Source: a virus (Duplodnaviria > Caudoviricetes). From it: a stretch of 34,970 nt of DNA. The notes beneath the pieces were generated by a model. That model worked only from the letters and a program-made list of their open reading frames with translations, did no database searches and had not been told where the DNA came from. Positions 24,300 through 31,825 of this stretch are shown here, piece by piece. Both the position numbers and the translations under genes were made by a program. Position 1 is the stretch's first letter; the number at the start of each line of letters is the position of its first letter. Location: positions 1 to 34,970 of the IMG/VR virus record IMGVR_UViG_3300020045_006069; one strand, written 5' to 3'.

Positions 24300-24677
24300 T
24301 TAGTTGGTGAACGGGGTCGGTATTGCGGCCGGGGAAGCGGCGAAGATTTTTTCCAGTAGCGTTTGCGCCGCTCGTTTCAGCCCGGTCGGTGTGCAGGCGA
24401 AGGGCGCTAGTAGACTTTCGAGCGAGTGTACTATGTCGCTTTCGATTGGCGAGCCAGCGACCAGGGTAAGGCAATCATCCTCGATTGAACTGGCGGCGGC
24501 TTGTTCGACATGCATCCGCATTTCATCTTCGGTGCAATCGTTGTCCCAACAGTAGTCTTTGATTTCGTCCGGTTGCGGCGATTCGTATTGTTCGTAGAAT
24601 CCGAACCACGATTCCGCGTCCGAGACTTCGAGAGCCTCGAATTGTTTCAAGGTCAGTTTGATCGAGTAGGTTTCCAT
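24300..24677 (-). CDS. Acidic early protein
   Basis: First gene after a promoter; AAGGGGAA RBS; D/E-rich N-terminal half. Confidence 0.7.
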   Translation of the reverse strand: METYSIKLTLKQFEALEVSDAESWFGFYEQYESPQPDEIKDYCWDNDCTEDEMRMHVEQAAASSIEDDCLTLVAGSPIESDIVHSLESLLAPFACTPTGLKRAAQTLLEKIFAASPAAIPTPFTN

Positions 24678-24723
24678 TGTCGTTTCCCCTTTTGTTTGTG
24701 TCGTTCACTCATTCTACAACATT

Positions 24724-24783
24724 AATCTACCATATATACGTTCGCTGTCAAGCGATTGTTGCGGAATATTGTCGAAATATTCC
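24724..24783 (-). promoter_or_regulatory. Sigma70-like early promoter with upstream palindrome
   Basis: TTGACA-16-TAGATT with TGn extension; GGAATATT-GTCGA-AATATTCC at 24763-24783. Confidence 0.7.
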
Positions 24784-24797
24784 AAAATAGTTGCCGA

Positions 24798-25019
24798 TCA
24801 AGACGTAAGTTCCTTGTCAGGCTTCGGGTTGCGTTTACCCAATTTTCGACCGAATTTGATTCCCGGTAGTCGTTTTTCGGGGTAAGGCGTCGAATCGTCG
24901 ATCATGACGCGCCCCGTGTCATCGAGGGTGAACGGGATGCGGCCAGAGTTCACGTAAGCGTAGACCGATGCCGCGTTGCGTTCATGCAGTTTGGCGTATT
25001 GGCGGACTGTTACGAGCAT
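24798..25019 (-). CDS. Helix-turn-helix DNA-binding protein (excisionase/MerR-like)
   Basis: VTVRQYAKLHERNAASVYAYVNSGRIP; GAGGA RBS. Confidence 0.75.
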   Translation of the reverse strand: MLVTVRQYAKLHERNAASVYAYVNSGRIPFTLDDTGRVMIDDSTPYPEKRLPGIKFGRKLGKRNPKPDKELTS

Positions 25020-25053
25020 GGGTGGTAATCCTCTTGAGGGTGGAACGGATAAA

Positions 25054-25069
25054 GGGCCGTCCGTGGCCC
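25054..25069 (-). promoter_or_regulatory. CACGGACG stem-loop (CsrA-type site) 4
   Basis: GGGCC-ACGGAC-GGCCC then TTTAT. Confidence 0.55.
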
Positions 25070-25076
25070 ACCAGGC

Positions 25077-25559
25077 TTAACGCAAATAGCGAATGTACTC
25101 GGCACCGGGCTTGCCGAAGTCGATTTGGAAGATATTGCCGCGAGCATGTTTCGCTGGCGCTCGCCATGATGCCGGCTTGTGGATGTCGCCGCGTTTGACG
25201 TTGCCGAGGGCTTTGGTCCGATGATCGACCAGGGCGACAAAGCAGTGAACGGAGCGAGATAAAACTTGAACGCGGACCACTTTAGCCCATTTCGGCCCGC
25301 GTTCGACAATGATTTTCGTTTCGTTGATATCAGTTTGGTATTGTTGGTTGTAGGCGTTATCGCGTTCATCAAACGCGGCTTGCGTCCACGCGATATAGCG
25401 AGCCAATGCCGCGTCGAAGTCGTCACCGGCTAAAGCCCGCTGTTGTTCGGCCTTGTCGCATTCGCCGTTTTCTTCCAGGTAGTCCGCATAGACGGCGTGG
25501 GGTCCGGGCAGGCCGGGAGACTCTTTAATTATTTCGATGAATGGCGTTTCGTTCAGCAT
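25077..25559 (-). CDS. TIGR02996 domain fused to a GD..KPASW.APAKHARGNI phage domain
   Basis: PFIEIIKESPGLPGPHAVYADYLEENGECDKAE; C-terminal SVHCFV..GDIHKPASWRAPAKHARGNIF. Confidence 0.85.
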   Translation of the reverse strand: MLNETPFIEIIKESPGLPGPHAVYADYLEENGECDKAEQQRALAGDDFDAALARYIAWTQAAFDERDNAYNQQYQTDINETKIIVERGPKWAKVVRVQVLSRSVHCFVALVDHRTKALGNVKRGDIHKPASWRAPAKHARGNIFQIDFGKPGAEYIRYLR

Positions 25560-25599
25560 GGTCGGTTTCCAAGTTAGGGTGTGAAACGGGGATGGTAAG

Positions 25600-25613
25600 G
25601 GCCATCCTTGGCC
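25600..25613 (-). promoter_or_regulatory. CAAGGATG stem-loop (CsrA-type site) 5
   Basis: GGCC-AAGGAT-GGCC. Confidence 0.6.
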
Positions 25614-25621
25614 TGCTGCGA

Positions 25622-25840
25622 TCATTTGAACACGTTCACGAGCGAATTAACGCCGACAGTGGCCGTAATGCCGCGTTGGTTCAGGGTTGACATGGTGACT
25701 TTTACGGCTGGCTGCATGGTCATATCGATGCGCCGGCGGATAGTGGCGGGCTTAATGGAATCAACCGTCAAGAGCCCGCCATCACGTTCAACGATTTCCA
25801 TGCCTTGCATTAGCTCTTTGGCTTTAATGGTGACGATCAT
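25622..25840 (-). CDS. Small beta-rich early protein
   Basis: AAAGGA RBS in the linker; IKAKELMQGMEI. Confidence 0.7.
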   Translation of the reverse strand: MIVTIKAKELMQGMEIVERDGGLLTVDSIKPATIRRRIDMTMQPAVKVTMSTLNQRGITATVGVNSLVNVFK

Positions 25841-25875
25841 TGCGGGTTTCCTTTGTGGTTTGATGGTGGGGGTAA

Positions 25876-26103
25876 TTAGCTTTCCAAACTGTCGCCGTGA
25901 ATGGCAAAGTTGTATCGGCGGGCGTGGAGCCGGTCGGTGAAAACCTTGATAAGTCTGTTGCCGCGAGAGTTGATGACGGCGAATTTTCCGTCTGTCGTTT
26001 CTCTTACCCAAGTTCCGCCGGTCCGATGCCATCCGCAAGCCATCCCGTCCATGATGACTTCTGCTTGTTCGCCGTTGATGTTGGTGAATAGTTCGGTTTT
26101 CAT
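25876..26103 (-). CDS. Small early protein
   Basis: GGAGA RBS in the linker. Confidence 0.7.
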   Translation of the reverse strand: MKTELFTNINGEQAEVIMDGMACGWHRTGGTWVRETTDGKFAVINSRGNRLIKVFTDRLHARRYNFAIHGDSLES

Positions 26104-26168
26104 TGCGGTTTCTCCAGGTTAGGGGTTGAAGTGGCTTGCCCCGACACAAGGGCAAGCCAGGGGGGGGG

Positions 26169-26387
26169 TCACGAGAACTTGGCGAGTACCTTCAAAAACG
26201 TTTCCATTTCGTCGGCGGTTTGTGGGAGCTTGTCCCATCCACGATCGTAAGAAAAGGCCGTCTTGCCACTTTCGGACCAGCGCCCGTATAGCTTGCTGAC
26301 CCGACCGCCGTTAATCCCGAACTGAGAGCCAACTTCGTATACCTTCGCTTCGATCCGAAAATCGCCAAGGTCGAATGTCTGCCACAT
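26169..26387 (-). CDS. Conserved small phage protein (AKVY..GS.FGINGGRVSKL..YDRGWD family)
   Basis: Recognisable conserved motif; GAGGGG RBS. Confidence 0.8.
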   Translation of the reverse strand: MWQTFDLGDFRIEAKVYEVGSQFGINGGRVSKLYGRWSESGKTAFSYDRGWDKLPQTADEMETFLKVLAKFS

Positions 26388-26413
26388 TGTCGGTCCCCTC
26401 TTGCGTGTGTGTG

Positions 26414-26626
26414 TTAGCGAATCGTGATACGAACATGCAGGTACTTGTTTCCGCCCCAGGAAAGTTCCTCAGACTTCTTGCCGGCCTTGACATGCAGGTT
26501 TCCCGATTTCGACATGAAGAACATGCCAGCGTGCTTCGCCGTGTACTTCGTGCAACGATAAGCGGTCTGAATGAACACTTCGCGACCATTCGCCAGGGCT
26601 TCATTGATCTCGGTTGCGGTTGGCAC
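26414..26626 (-). CDS. Small early protein
   Basis: GTG start after AAAGGGGAA; first gene after a promoter. Confidence 0.7.
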   Translation of the reverse strand: MPTATEINEALANGREVFIQTAYRCTKYTAKHAGMFFMSKSGNLHVKAGKKSEELSWGGNKYLHVRITIR

Positions 26627-26660
26627 TTGTTTCCCCTTTGTTCGTTCACTAACTAAAATA

Positions 26661-26702
26661 ACTATATCCGACTATCGACAACGTGTCAAGTAATGTTGTC
26701 GA
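26661..26702 (-). promoter_or_regulatory. Strong sigma70-like early promoter with inverted repeat around the -35
   Basis: TTGACA-17-TATAGT; TCGACAAC (26675-26682) / GTTGTCGA (26695-26702). Confidence 0.85.
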
Positions 26703-26742
26703 AATTCTGAAAGATTTTCCAAAATTCTTTTTCGACTCAGAC

Positions 26743-26771
26743 TTGACAGACTCCCGCCAACCGATCAGAAT
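26743..26771 (+). promoter_or_regulatory. Possible divergent promoter for the terminase operon
   Basis: TTGACA-17-CAGAAT. Confidence 0.45.
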
Positions 26772-26857
26772 TGAAATCAGCGTGTGAACCGTATTTAGTC
26801 CACCCTAACTATAAATAGGGGGTCTAAAGCGGCCCGGTACGGCATGGAATCAGACGA

Positions 26858-27310
26858 TTGGAACAGGCACAACTAGCACACGATAAAAACGCTCCCCATA
26901 AAAAGCGTTTCATCGAAGTGTACTCGGAACTGGGGCACATCGGGAAAGCCGCTGAAGCATGCGGAATCCCACGACGCACCTTGTACGGTTGGCGTACTCA
27001 AGACAAGACGTTCGCGAAGGCCTGGGCAGACGCCGAATACGCCAGCACAGCCGTACTCGAAGACGAAGCCCAACGTCGCGCAATTGAGGGAACGGAAAAG
27101 CCAGTCTATCAAGGTGGAAAGCTAGTCGGAACCGTCCGCGAGTACTCCGATACCTTGCTGATCTTTCTACTCAAGGGAAAAAATCCGAAGTATCGCGACA
27201 ATCACCGGGTCGAGCTAACGGGCAAAGACGGTGAAGCAATTTCAATCCAAACAGTTGACGCCGTGGACCGCGACCTAATCCTGGGCAGCATGTTTGACAA
27301 GCGCAACTAA
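26858..27310 (+). CDS. terS: Terminase small subunit
   Basis: N-terminal HTH (GKAAEACGIPRRTLYGWR), LEDEAQRRAIEG..YSDTLLIFLLK, ELTGKDG; directly precedes terL. Confidence 0.88.
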   Translation: MEQAQLAHDKNAPHKKRFIEVYSELGHIGKAAEACGIPRRTLYGWRTQDKTFAKAWADAEYASTAVLEDEAQRRAIEGTEKPVYQGGKLVGTVREYSDTLLIFLLKGKNPKYRDNHRVELTGKDGEAISIQTVDAVDRDLILGSMFDKRN

Positions 27311-28604
27311 GCCACCCAACGAACACTATTCACCCCGCGGCGCTTGCCGCGAACTACTACACTCACAAGCGCCAGAGGTACTATGCTCCGGGCCAGCCGG
27401 AACGGGCAAGAGTCTTGCCTGCCTCTGGAAACTCCATTATTGCTGCACCCATGTTGCTGGCTTGCGTTGTCTCATTACAAGGAAAACAAGGGTATCACTA
27501 ACAGAATCGGCATTGGTGACATTCGAGCGGAACGTATTGCCTAAAGGTTCGCCAATCCTTGAAGGTCCGACACGCGCAACCCGCCATTCGTACAAGTATC
27601 CCAACGGCAGCGAAATCATAATCGGGGGCATGGACAACCCGACTCGGATCATGTCAACGGAGTATGACATCGCGTATGTTCAGGAAGCTATTGAACTGAC
27701 CGAAGAAGACTGGGAGTCTCTCACCACCCGTCTCCGAAACAACAGACTACCCTATCAGCAACTCATTGCCGACACTAATCCCGATAGGCCGACACACTGG
27801 CTCAAGATCCGTTGCAACACCGGCAAGACGCTACTGCTCGAATCCCGACACGAAGATAACCCGACATTGTGGGATGGCGCACAATGGACCCCTGAGGGAT
27901 TGCGCTATCTCTCCAAACTTGATGCCTTGACCGGCCCACGCAAGGCAAGACTAAGGCGCGACCAATGGGTACAGGCTGAAGGTGTTGTCTACGAAGATTG
28001 GGACAGCGCCCATAATGTCATCGACAGGTTTATCATCCCTGACTCGTGGGCAAGGTACATATCCATTGACTTCGGCTATCGTGACCCGTTCGTTGCTCAA
28101 TTTTGGGCAACGGACGAGGACCGCCGATCATACCTCTACCGTGAGATAGTCCGCACTGGCAAACTCGTCGAGGACATGGCACGAGAGATACGGCACTACA
28201 TAGGCATTGATGGCGTGCGCCCGCGCAAGATAGTGTGTGACCACGACGCCGAGGGCAGGGCAACACTAGAACGGCACCTTGATATTAAGACTCATCCTGC
28301 GATCAAAGAGATACTATACGGAATCGGTGTAGTGGCAGGCCGCATACGCAAACAGGGCGACGGCCGGCCTAGCTTGTTTGTCTTCCGTGATGCCCTGGTC
28401 GATCGCGATCAAACGCTATCGGATAGGAAAGAGCCGATAGGACTGGCCGAAGAAATCGAAGGGTACATATGGGAAGACCCGACAAGGAAAGAACTACCCG
28501 TCGATTGGGGGAACCATAGTTGCGACAGCACACGATACCATATCGCGACGAATGTAGACCCACCGAGGGGACTACTCAAGAACTGGCGGATTGAGAGAAT
28601 CTAA
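27294..28604 (+). CDS. terL: Terminase large subunit (PBSX-like)
   Basis: Walker A GPAGTGKS, YVQEAIE, DTNP, nuclease SIDFG and NHSCDSTRY. Confidence 0.95.
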   Translation: MTSATKPPNEHYSPRGACRELLHSQAPEVLCSGPAGTGKSLACLWKLHYCCTHVAGLRCLITRKTRVSLTESALVTFERNVLPKGSPILEGPTRATRHSYKYPNGSEIIIGGMDNPTRIMSTEYDIAYVQEAIELTEEDWESLTTRLRNNRLPYQQLIADTNPDRPTHWLKIRCNTGKTLLLESRHEDNPTLWDGAQWTPEGLRYLSKLDALTGPRKARLRRDQWVQAEGVVYEDWDSAHNVIDRFIIPDSWARYISIDFGYRDPFVAQFWATDEDRRSYLYREIVRTGKLVEDMAREIRHYIGIDGVRPRKIVCDHDAEGRATLERHLDIKTHPAIKEILYGIGVVAGRIRKQGDGRPSLFVFRDALVDRDQTLSDRKEPIGLAEEIEGYIWEDPTRKELPVDWGNHSCDSTRYHIATNVDPPRGLLKNWRIERI

Positions 28605-28951
28605 TCATAGTAGAACTTGCTCGCGCTCGCGGTCTCTTTGTTGAACCGAATCATCACGTATTTATCCGGCTCGTTAGTCTCAGGGTTGATCGTGATGCGA
28701 TTGTAAATCAACCCCTGGAACTCACCCTTGAGCGGAACGGCGCTATCAGCAGTCCCCAGGAACTTGTTCACTTGTTCCGGGCGCATGCCGCCGACAATCG
28801 CCTCAAACTGCTGTCTTGTATAAACACGCCCCAGGCGCTCACTGGCCGATTGGTTCATGCGCGGCTTGCTGGTGATAGTCGGCGGGGTTGGCGCATGACG
28901 GTGACACCCGACGATCAGGGACAGGGCGAGTATGGCGGCGGCGCTTTTCAT
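28601..28951 (-). CDS. Lipoprotein moron (SmpA/OmlA-like motif)
   Basis: MKSAAAILALSLIVGC lipobox; GMRPEQVNKFLG.AD; opposite strand between terL and portal. Confidence 0.75.
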   Translation of the reverse strand: MKSAAAILALSLIVGCHRHAPTPPTITSKPRMNQSASERLGRVYTRQQFEAIVGGMRPEQVNKFLGTADSAVPLKGEFQGLIYNRITINPETNEPDKYVMIRFNKETASASKFYYD

Positions 28952-29009
28952 GGTTGTACTCGGACACATATTTCTGTTAAGTGTAACCGGCAATAGCCAG
29001 AGGTGCAAT

Positions 29010-29186
29010 ATGACTCCGCAAGAGGTCATCGCGAAGTATTCATTGTCCACTGCTGCCGCGCAGCTAGGGCGACGGGGCGGACATGCACGCGCCCACAACC
29101 TGACCGCGAGCCAACGGCACAAGATCGCACAAGAGGCGGCGCAGGCCCGGTGGAGCGAAAAGAAGAAAAAGAAGAAAGAGGACTAA
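29010..29186 (+). CDS. Small basic GRRGG..LT..QR..A..AA.ARW protein
   Basis: GAGGT RBS; LGRRGGHARAHNLTASQRHKIAQEAAQARW; paralogous to 9416-9574. Confidence 0.75.
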   Translation: MTPQEVIAKYSLSTAAAQLGRRGGHARAHNLTASQRHKIAQEAAQARWSEKKKKKKED

Positions 29187-29190
29187 GCCA

Positions 29191-31824
29191 ATGGGATTGA
29201 TTAATTGGCTTGCGTCGAAGTTCAATCGACCCGTCGAGAAGGCGACTTCCAACGACACGCCGAACGCGCCCACTTCGATACGCGGCAAAGACCCGCGCCC
29301 ATTCCTTGCGGGTTCGGCCCCCGGCCTATGGTCGAGCAATCACTTAGATGAATCGAAGAATGTCACGTCGTTCCAGTTCGTTGCCATTCGCCAAAAGGCG
29401 ACGATGTGCAGCAACGCGGAACTGAAGGTACACCGCGTCGAGGACAAGGCGGATTTGTCGGCGCGATTGGCGAAGGTTGAACGGTCAATCCGCAAGTGTC
29501 GCACTATTGCTGACGCGGTAGAGCGAACGTACAAGACGGAGCGATTGGAACAGAAACGGCAAGCGTTATCCGACCGGCTTCACAAGATGTCAACGGGCAC
29601 TGGTCCGGAATCTGTGAAGGGCGATAGGACGCCAGTCGATTCCTCTCACCCGTTATACCGGCTCTTATCGCGTCCTAATCCTGAATGGTCAGGCTCGACG
29701 TTCATCTATGCTTTGGCTCAACAGATTAGTTCGACAGGTGTGGGTTTAGTTTGGGCCATTCGCAACGGTGCAGGAATCCCCGTTGAGTTGTACGTCATTC
29801 CTACTGGGCTTGCGATCCCGCGCCTTCCAACACCGGCGTACCCGAACGGAAGTTACTACATAACTCCGATCAGCACATGGGGCGTTGCTCCAAACGATGT
29901 TTGGTCAGACGGAGTTATTGGGCAAGCCATGTTGACCGGCGCTGAAGTAGACAAGCGCGATGTTAAGAAGATTTGCTGGCCTCATCCGTTCTTCTTAACA
30001 GACGGTCTGTCTCCGATGTCGGCCGGCTCGTTATGGGTTGACTTGGGCAATGAAATGGATCGGGCCTCGTGGTATCGGTTCCAGAATGCGGAACGTCCGG
30101 GAATGATCTTCAAACGGGACAAGGATATTGACCCTGACCCGGCGGACGTTGCACAGTTCCGCGAGGACTTGAAGGCCGATGCCGCTGGCACGCCGAACAC
30201 TGGGAAGCACTTGATTCTCCCACCGGGCATTGAGCCGGTGAACTGGAACAATACCGAACGGGAACTTGAGTTTGTTGACTCGCGTCCTCAAATCCGCGAT
30301 ATGAATTTAGCCCTTCACGGTCTGACGCCTATCTCATTCGGCTTTGCAGAGGCACAAGCATACGCGGCGTATTGGGCGGCGATCAAGCAAACTACCGAAC
30401 TATCGGTTCAACCGCTACTCGGTCTCATCGGTGGCGAACTGACGGAACTTCTAGGAACGGCGTTCCAAGACGGACGATATGAGATAACCTACAACGCGCC
30501 CGCTATCGACGACCCGCAATTACTAGAGAATCGTTTGCAAACGGACATCGACGCAGGGAATGTGCTATTGGTCAAAGAGTATCGGGCGATGCGTGGCTTG
30601 CCGCTACTTGGCGACGAACGCGACGACCAGTTCGTGGGCGAAGTGACTAACGTTCGCGTGCAGGCTCAAGACGCCGATCCCACAACGCCGGGCATTCAAG
30701 TCGAGGACAAAGGCGAGACCGGCGGTGGGGGCGGGAAGGATGAGGGCAAGGGAACTGGCAACGACAAGAAGGGCGAGGATAAAGGTCCGGGCGTGGAATC
30801 ACCGTTCAAAGCCGCTCCCGGTCGGTCAACCAAGTCACGTCGTCGTCTGACGATGATAAGAAAAGGTGTGTTCAGGGAAGAAGATCATCCAAGGGCGAGC
30901 GATGGTAGGTTCGGCGAGAAGCCCGGCGATAGTTCCGGTAGTGACGACAACAAAAAGCGCCCACCGAAACAATCGCCGGGGAATACGTTCCAAGATTCGG
31001 CGAAGTCAGCGCATGAAGCGTTCAGTAGCGGACAGATAGACGCGGATGAGTTCCGTAGTCGCGTTGAATCTATGGTCGAAGAATACGACGCGAGTTTGTC
31101 GGACGCCTTTGATACTTACCACTCCAAGGAAGTGAGCGCAACGCAGCACAGGGTTGGCGAGCAAATAGTCGATCATCCCGATGCGGCGAACGCATTCAAA
31201 GAATACACCAATGAGTTAGAATCCATTAGGTCTGACTTGTCCAATGCCGCTGACGCGATCATAGATAGCGCCGACGATGAAGATGCGTTTGCGTCATCCT
31301 TCGACGCATGGCAAGAGGAACGTCAACGGGCTTCCAAACGACTCGCGCAAGCGACGATGGAATACAACAATGCGGTCGATGCAGTGAACTACGAACTGTA
31401 TCAAGATGCAGAGTCGCGGACAGCGGACCTGAACAGCGACATGTACGAAGGCGACCCGGAAGGCGCAGAGGGCGACGCGAAGTTAATCAACTCGGAACTT
31501 GAAGCCGAAGGCAATCCGTATCGCGTTGTCTATGCCGAAGGCGATGACGACATGGAAGGCGAATGGGTTGCCGAATTGCCCAAGTCATCGGACAACATAA
31601 CCAAGACGATCAACGCCATGCGGCGGAAGTACACCAAGACGGTGAACCGTTTGAAGCGTCAGGGAAAATTAGACAAGACGCTGGCTGACTTACCGTCTAA
31701 GATTGGCGAGCAGTTAGCCAAGGTTATGGAAGTCAAGACGAGCGCCCCCCGTAAGCGGCATGTGGCGTTGGTTGTGGACCCGGAGACGGAACGGGTGAAG
31801 GGCATGGACATCACAGAGGAATGA
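29191..31824 (+). CDS. Portal protein (HK97-like) with long C-terminal extension
   Basis: HPLYRLLSRPNP, PVELY, GLSPM, FQNA.RPG, N.GK.LILP.G, EYRAMRGLP; follows terL. Confidence 0.9.
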   Translation: MGLINWLASKFNRPVEKATSNDTPNAPTSIRGKDPRPFLAGSAPGLWSSNHLDESKNVTSFQFVAIRQKATMCSNAELKVHRVEDKADLSARLAKVERSIRKCRTIADAVERTYKTERLEQKRQALSDRLHKMSTGTGPESVKGDRTPVDSSHPLYRLLSRPNPEWSGSTFIYALAQQISSTGVGLVWAIRNGAGIPVELYVIPTGLAIPRLPTPAYPNGSYYITPISTWGVAPNDVWSDGVIGQAMLTGAEVDKRDVKKICWPHPFFLTDGLSPMSAGSLWVDLGNEMDRASWYRFQNAERPGMIFKRDKDIDPDPADVAQFREDLKADAAGTPNTGKHLILPPGIEPVNWNNTERELEFVDSRPQIRDMNLALHGLTPISFGFAEAQAYAAYWAAIKQTTELSVQPLLGLIGGELTELLGTAFQDGRYEITYNAPAIDDPQLLENRLQTDIDAGNVLLVKEYRAMRGLPLLGDERDDQFVGEVTNVRVQAQDADPTTPGIQVEDKGETGGGGGKDEGKGTGNDKKGEDKGPGVESPFKAAPGRSTKSRRRLTMIRKGVFREEDHPRASDGRFGEKPGDSSGSDDNKKRPPKQSPGNTFQDSAKSAHEAFSSGQIDADEFRSRVESMVEEYDASLSDAFDTYHSKEVSATQHRVGEQIVDHPDAANAFKEYTNELESIRSDLSNAADAIIDSADDEDAFASSFDAWQEERQRASKRLAQATMEYNNAVDAVNYELYQDAESRTADLNSDMYEGDPEGAEGDAKLINSELEAEGNPYRVVYAEGDDDMEGEWVAELPKSSDNITKTINAMRRKYTKTVNRLKRQGKLDKTLADLPSKIGEQLAKVMEVKTSAPRKRHVALVVDPETERVKGMDITEE

Positions 31825-31825
31825 T

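Noticed and set aside
20891-24307. CRISPR array or integron attC array
   Set aside because: The repeats are degenerate and separated by whole genes rather than 30-40-nt spacers; no cas gene or integron integrase; no attC-type GTTRRRY palindromic ends
26160-26168. G9 homopolymer as a phase-variation switch
   Set aside because: It is intergenic, just after a stop codon, and not within a promoter spacer or CDS
1732-26656. Numerous + strand ORFs (e.g. 2106-3020, 4004-4699, 14105-14710)
   Set aside because: Antisense shadows of well-supported, tightly coupled minus-strand genes
26787-26845. cos/pac site upstream of terS
   Set aside because: An imperfect inverted repeat is present, but nothing in the sequence identifies it as a packaging site without read-end data
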